In this document: piece after piece, positions 62,506 through 64,000 of the stretch | Position numbering within the stretch: the first letter of the stretch is position 1 | How the letters are laid out: each line of letters opens with the position of its first letter | Assembly (NCBI GenBank): GCA_963793785.1 | Contig: CAWCBH010000005.1 | Location: forward strand, 8,081 to 72,080 | Direction: 5' to 3' | Length of the DNA: 64,000 nucleotides | Source: an uncultured Actinomycetes bacterium | GTDB taxonomy: Bacteria; Actinomycetota; Thermoleophilia; Solirubrobacterales; 70-9 | Made by a program: the position numbers and the translations under genes | The notes under the pieces: generated by a model | Told to the model about the DNA's origin: nothing | Database searches by the model: none | Seen by the model: the letters and a program-made list of their open reading frames with translations, nothing else

Positions 62506-63163
62506 ATGACGCTGGAGGGGACCAACACCTACCTCTACGGCTCCGATCCCTGCCTGGTGGTCGACCCGGGCCCCGACGACCCCGGTCACCTCGAGGCGAT
62601 TCGCGCCGCCGCCGAGGATCGAGGCGGGATCGGCGCCGTGCTGCTGACCCACTCCCACGGCGACCACGCCGACGGCGCCCCGCGGCTCGGCGCCGAGGTG
62701 GTCGCGCCCGCCGACGGCGAGGCCCACGGCGCCCTGCGAGCGCTGGCGACCCCCGGCCACGCCGCCGACCACGTCTGCCTGCTGAGCGAGGACGGGGTCT
62801 GCTTCAGCGGCGACCTGGTGCTCGGCGAGGGCTCGACGTTCGTCCCTCCCGACGGCGGCTCGCTGGCCGCCTACATGGCCTCGCTGCGGCGCCTCCAGGA
62901 GCAGCCGCTGGCGCTGATCTGCCCCGGGCACGGCCCCTGGGTCACCGACCCGGCGGCGAAGCTGGCCGAGTACGTCGAGCATCGCGAGATGCGCGAGCGG
63001 CGCCTGCTCGCCGCCCTGGAGCGCGGCGAGCGCTCGCCGCGACGCGCTCCTGGACGAGGTCTGGGACGACGTCCCGGCGGAGCTGCGCCCCGCCGCCGCG
63101 GTCGTGATGGAGGCGCACCTGCAAAAGCTCGAAGCCGAGGGCCGCCTGCCGGACATCCGCTGA
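62506..63163 (+). pseudogene. MBL-fold metallo-hydrolase with interrupted frame and uncertain start
   Basis: MTLEGTNTYLYG...VVDPGP...LLTHSHGDHADG (HxHxDH)...TPGHAADHV...GDLVLG...CPGHGP...EYVEHREMRERRLLAALERGERS, then nonsense. The +1 frame reads RDALLDEVWDDVPAELRPAAAVVMEAHLQKLEAEGRLPDIR with TGA at 63161-63. Confidence 0.75.
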
Positions 63164-63223
63164 GTGGGGTCTACTCTGTGCATTCGCGCGGCTTCGACGA
63201 CCGATGCCGTTGGCGGGACCGAT

Positions 63224-64000
63224 TTGACGCGAACGCATCGACATGCGAGGACGGCGCCCAGGCTGGCGCTGCTGCTTGCGGCGCTGATCGCCGCCGCCGC
63301 GCTCTTTGCGGCCGACCGGTCGGCCGCAAACGGGGTCAAGTTCCGCAGCCTGCCGGAGACCTTCTTCGGCATCAGCACCCAGGTGCCGAGACCGGACGCC
63401 GAGTTCGCGACGATGCGCAGCGGCGGTGTCGACAGCGTCCGCATCGGCCTTCCCTGGAACGGCATCGAGCCCCAGCCCGGCAACTACGACTTCGCCGCCC
63501 CCGACCGCTGGGTGGCGCAGGCCGTCCGCTACGGGATGGAGGCGTTCCCGTTCATCGGTGCGACCCCGACCTGGGCCGGCGCCGCCGACTTCCGCACCCT
63601 GCCGACCAGCGAGTCCCAAAAGCAGGCCTGGGCGGCATTCCTGCGCCAGCTCGTCCTCCGCTACGGGCCCGACGGGACCTACTGGGCAGAGCACGGGCCG
63701 GGTTCGGCGGACCCGCTTCCCTACCGGCCGATCCGGATCTGGCAGATCTGGAACGAGCCGAACTTCTTCTTCTTCACCGAGCCGCGCTCGCCGACCCTGT
63801 ACGCGGAGCTGGTGCGAGTCTCCGAGCAGGCGATCAACGCAGTCGACCCCGGCGCCCAGATCGTGCTCGCGGGCCTGTTCGCGAAGCCCCGCCAGACGCC
63901 GCCGCAGGCCTATCAGGCGACCGACTTCCTCGACCAGATGTACGCCGTGCCGGGGATCAAGGAGCACTTCGACGGCGTCGCCCTCCACCCCTACGCGGTC
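63224..64000 (+). CDS. secreted glycoside hydrolase (TIM-barrel, GH5/GH39-like), 3' end beyond the window
   Basis: The frame is open from 63164 to the window end. TTG 63224 gives the signal-like TRTHRHARTAPRLALLLAALIAAAALFA. WNGIEPQPGNYDF...IWQIWNEPNF (the NEP acid/base motif) and LHPY are typical of clan GH-A enzymes. GTG 63164 is an alternative start. Confidence 0.6.
   Translation, partial: MTRTHRHARTAPRLALLLAALIAAAALFAADRSAANGVKFRSLPETFFGISTQVPRPDAEFATMRSGGVDSVRIGLPWNGIEPQPGNYDFAAPDRWVAQAVRYGMEAFPFIGATPTWAGAADFRTLPTSESQKQAWAAFLRQLVLRYGPDGTYWAEHGPGSADPLPYRPIRIWQIWNEPNFFFFTEPRSPTLYAELVRVSEQAINAVDPGAQIVLAGLFAKPRQTPPQAYQATDFLDQMYAVPGIKEHFDGVALHPYAV

Noticed and set aside
13989-63163. Programmed ribosomal frameshifting as an explanation for the broken frames.
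   Set aside because: None of the junctions shows a slippery heptamer, a polyA/T slippage run or a downstream pseudoknot-like structure. The affected genes are unrelated housekeeping or accessory enzymes, and two genes need two corrections each. Indel errors or decay are far more parsimonious.

Overview
This is a very GC-rich bacterial chromosomal segment with strong GC3 bias. A fused PafB-PafC regulator, dodecin, an AccE-like peptide and many GTG/TTG or overlapping starts suggest a deep-branching Actinomycetota lineage, but that is inference only. I support about 60 protein genes and one tRNA-Phe(GAA). I saw no rRNA, CRISPR array, IS element, integrase or phage genes.

Layout:
- 1-16.3 kb: a cell-envelope glycan cluster. 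It holds a WbaP-type initiating transferase, a GT26, a GT4, several GT2s, an acyltransferase_3, a Dpm1-like GT2 next to a GT-C membrane transferase, and three methyltransferases. A methylmalonyl-CoA mutase catalytic subunit sits in the middle of it.
- 16.8-18.4 kb: pccB. Further on are a biotin carboxylase/BCCP alpha subunit (34.6-36.4 kb) and sucCD (43.4-45.4 kb).
- 20.0-25.1 kb: dodecin, rhodanese and a sulfate-assimilation operon (sulfite reductase, APS reductase, ATP sulfurylase, APS kinase).
- 26.1-28.4 kb: a TetR/MFS pair with a textbook promoter and operator.
- 28.5-33.7 kb: a UGM-like flavoenzyme, two uncharacterised proteins and a secreted thrombospondin-type-3-repeat protein.
- 36.6-42.1 kb: a small membrane peptide, a YPYEW-type methyltransferase, a membrane sulfatase-like protein and a secreted sulfatase.
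- 46.8-48.3 kb: a DtxR-family regulator followed by two paralogous ~67-aa proteins and a zinc-ribbon peptide.
- 49.2-52.8 kb: folP-like gene, a DUF1998 helicase and a TIGR00725/LOG-like gene, linked by overlapping stop/start codons.
- 55.5-64 kb: tRNA-Phe, then miscellaneous genes ending in the fused pafBC, an MBL hydrolase and a partial glycoside hydrolase.

The most pervasive signal is that at least nine genes have reading frames broken by what look like single extra bases, mostly in short C/G or T runs. Sequencing or assembly indels are the likeliest cause, but real pseudogenes cannot be excluded.

The best candidates for undescribed biology are the DtxR-adjacent small-protein paralogs with the Zn-ribbon gene and its composite operator-like repeat, the 36.6-42.1 kb envelope-modification module, the UGM-like gene with two unknown proteins, and the repeat-rich structured spacer at 18.4-18.7 kb. 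All family assignments come from motif recognition by eye. No database search was run.
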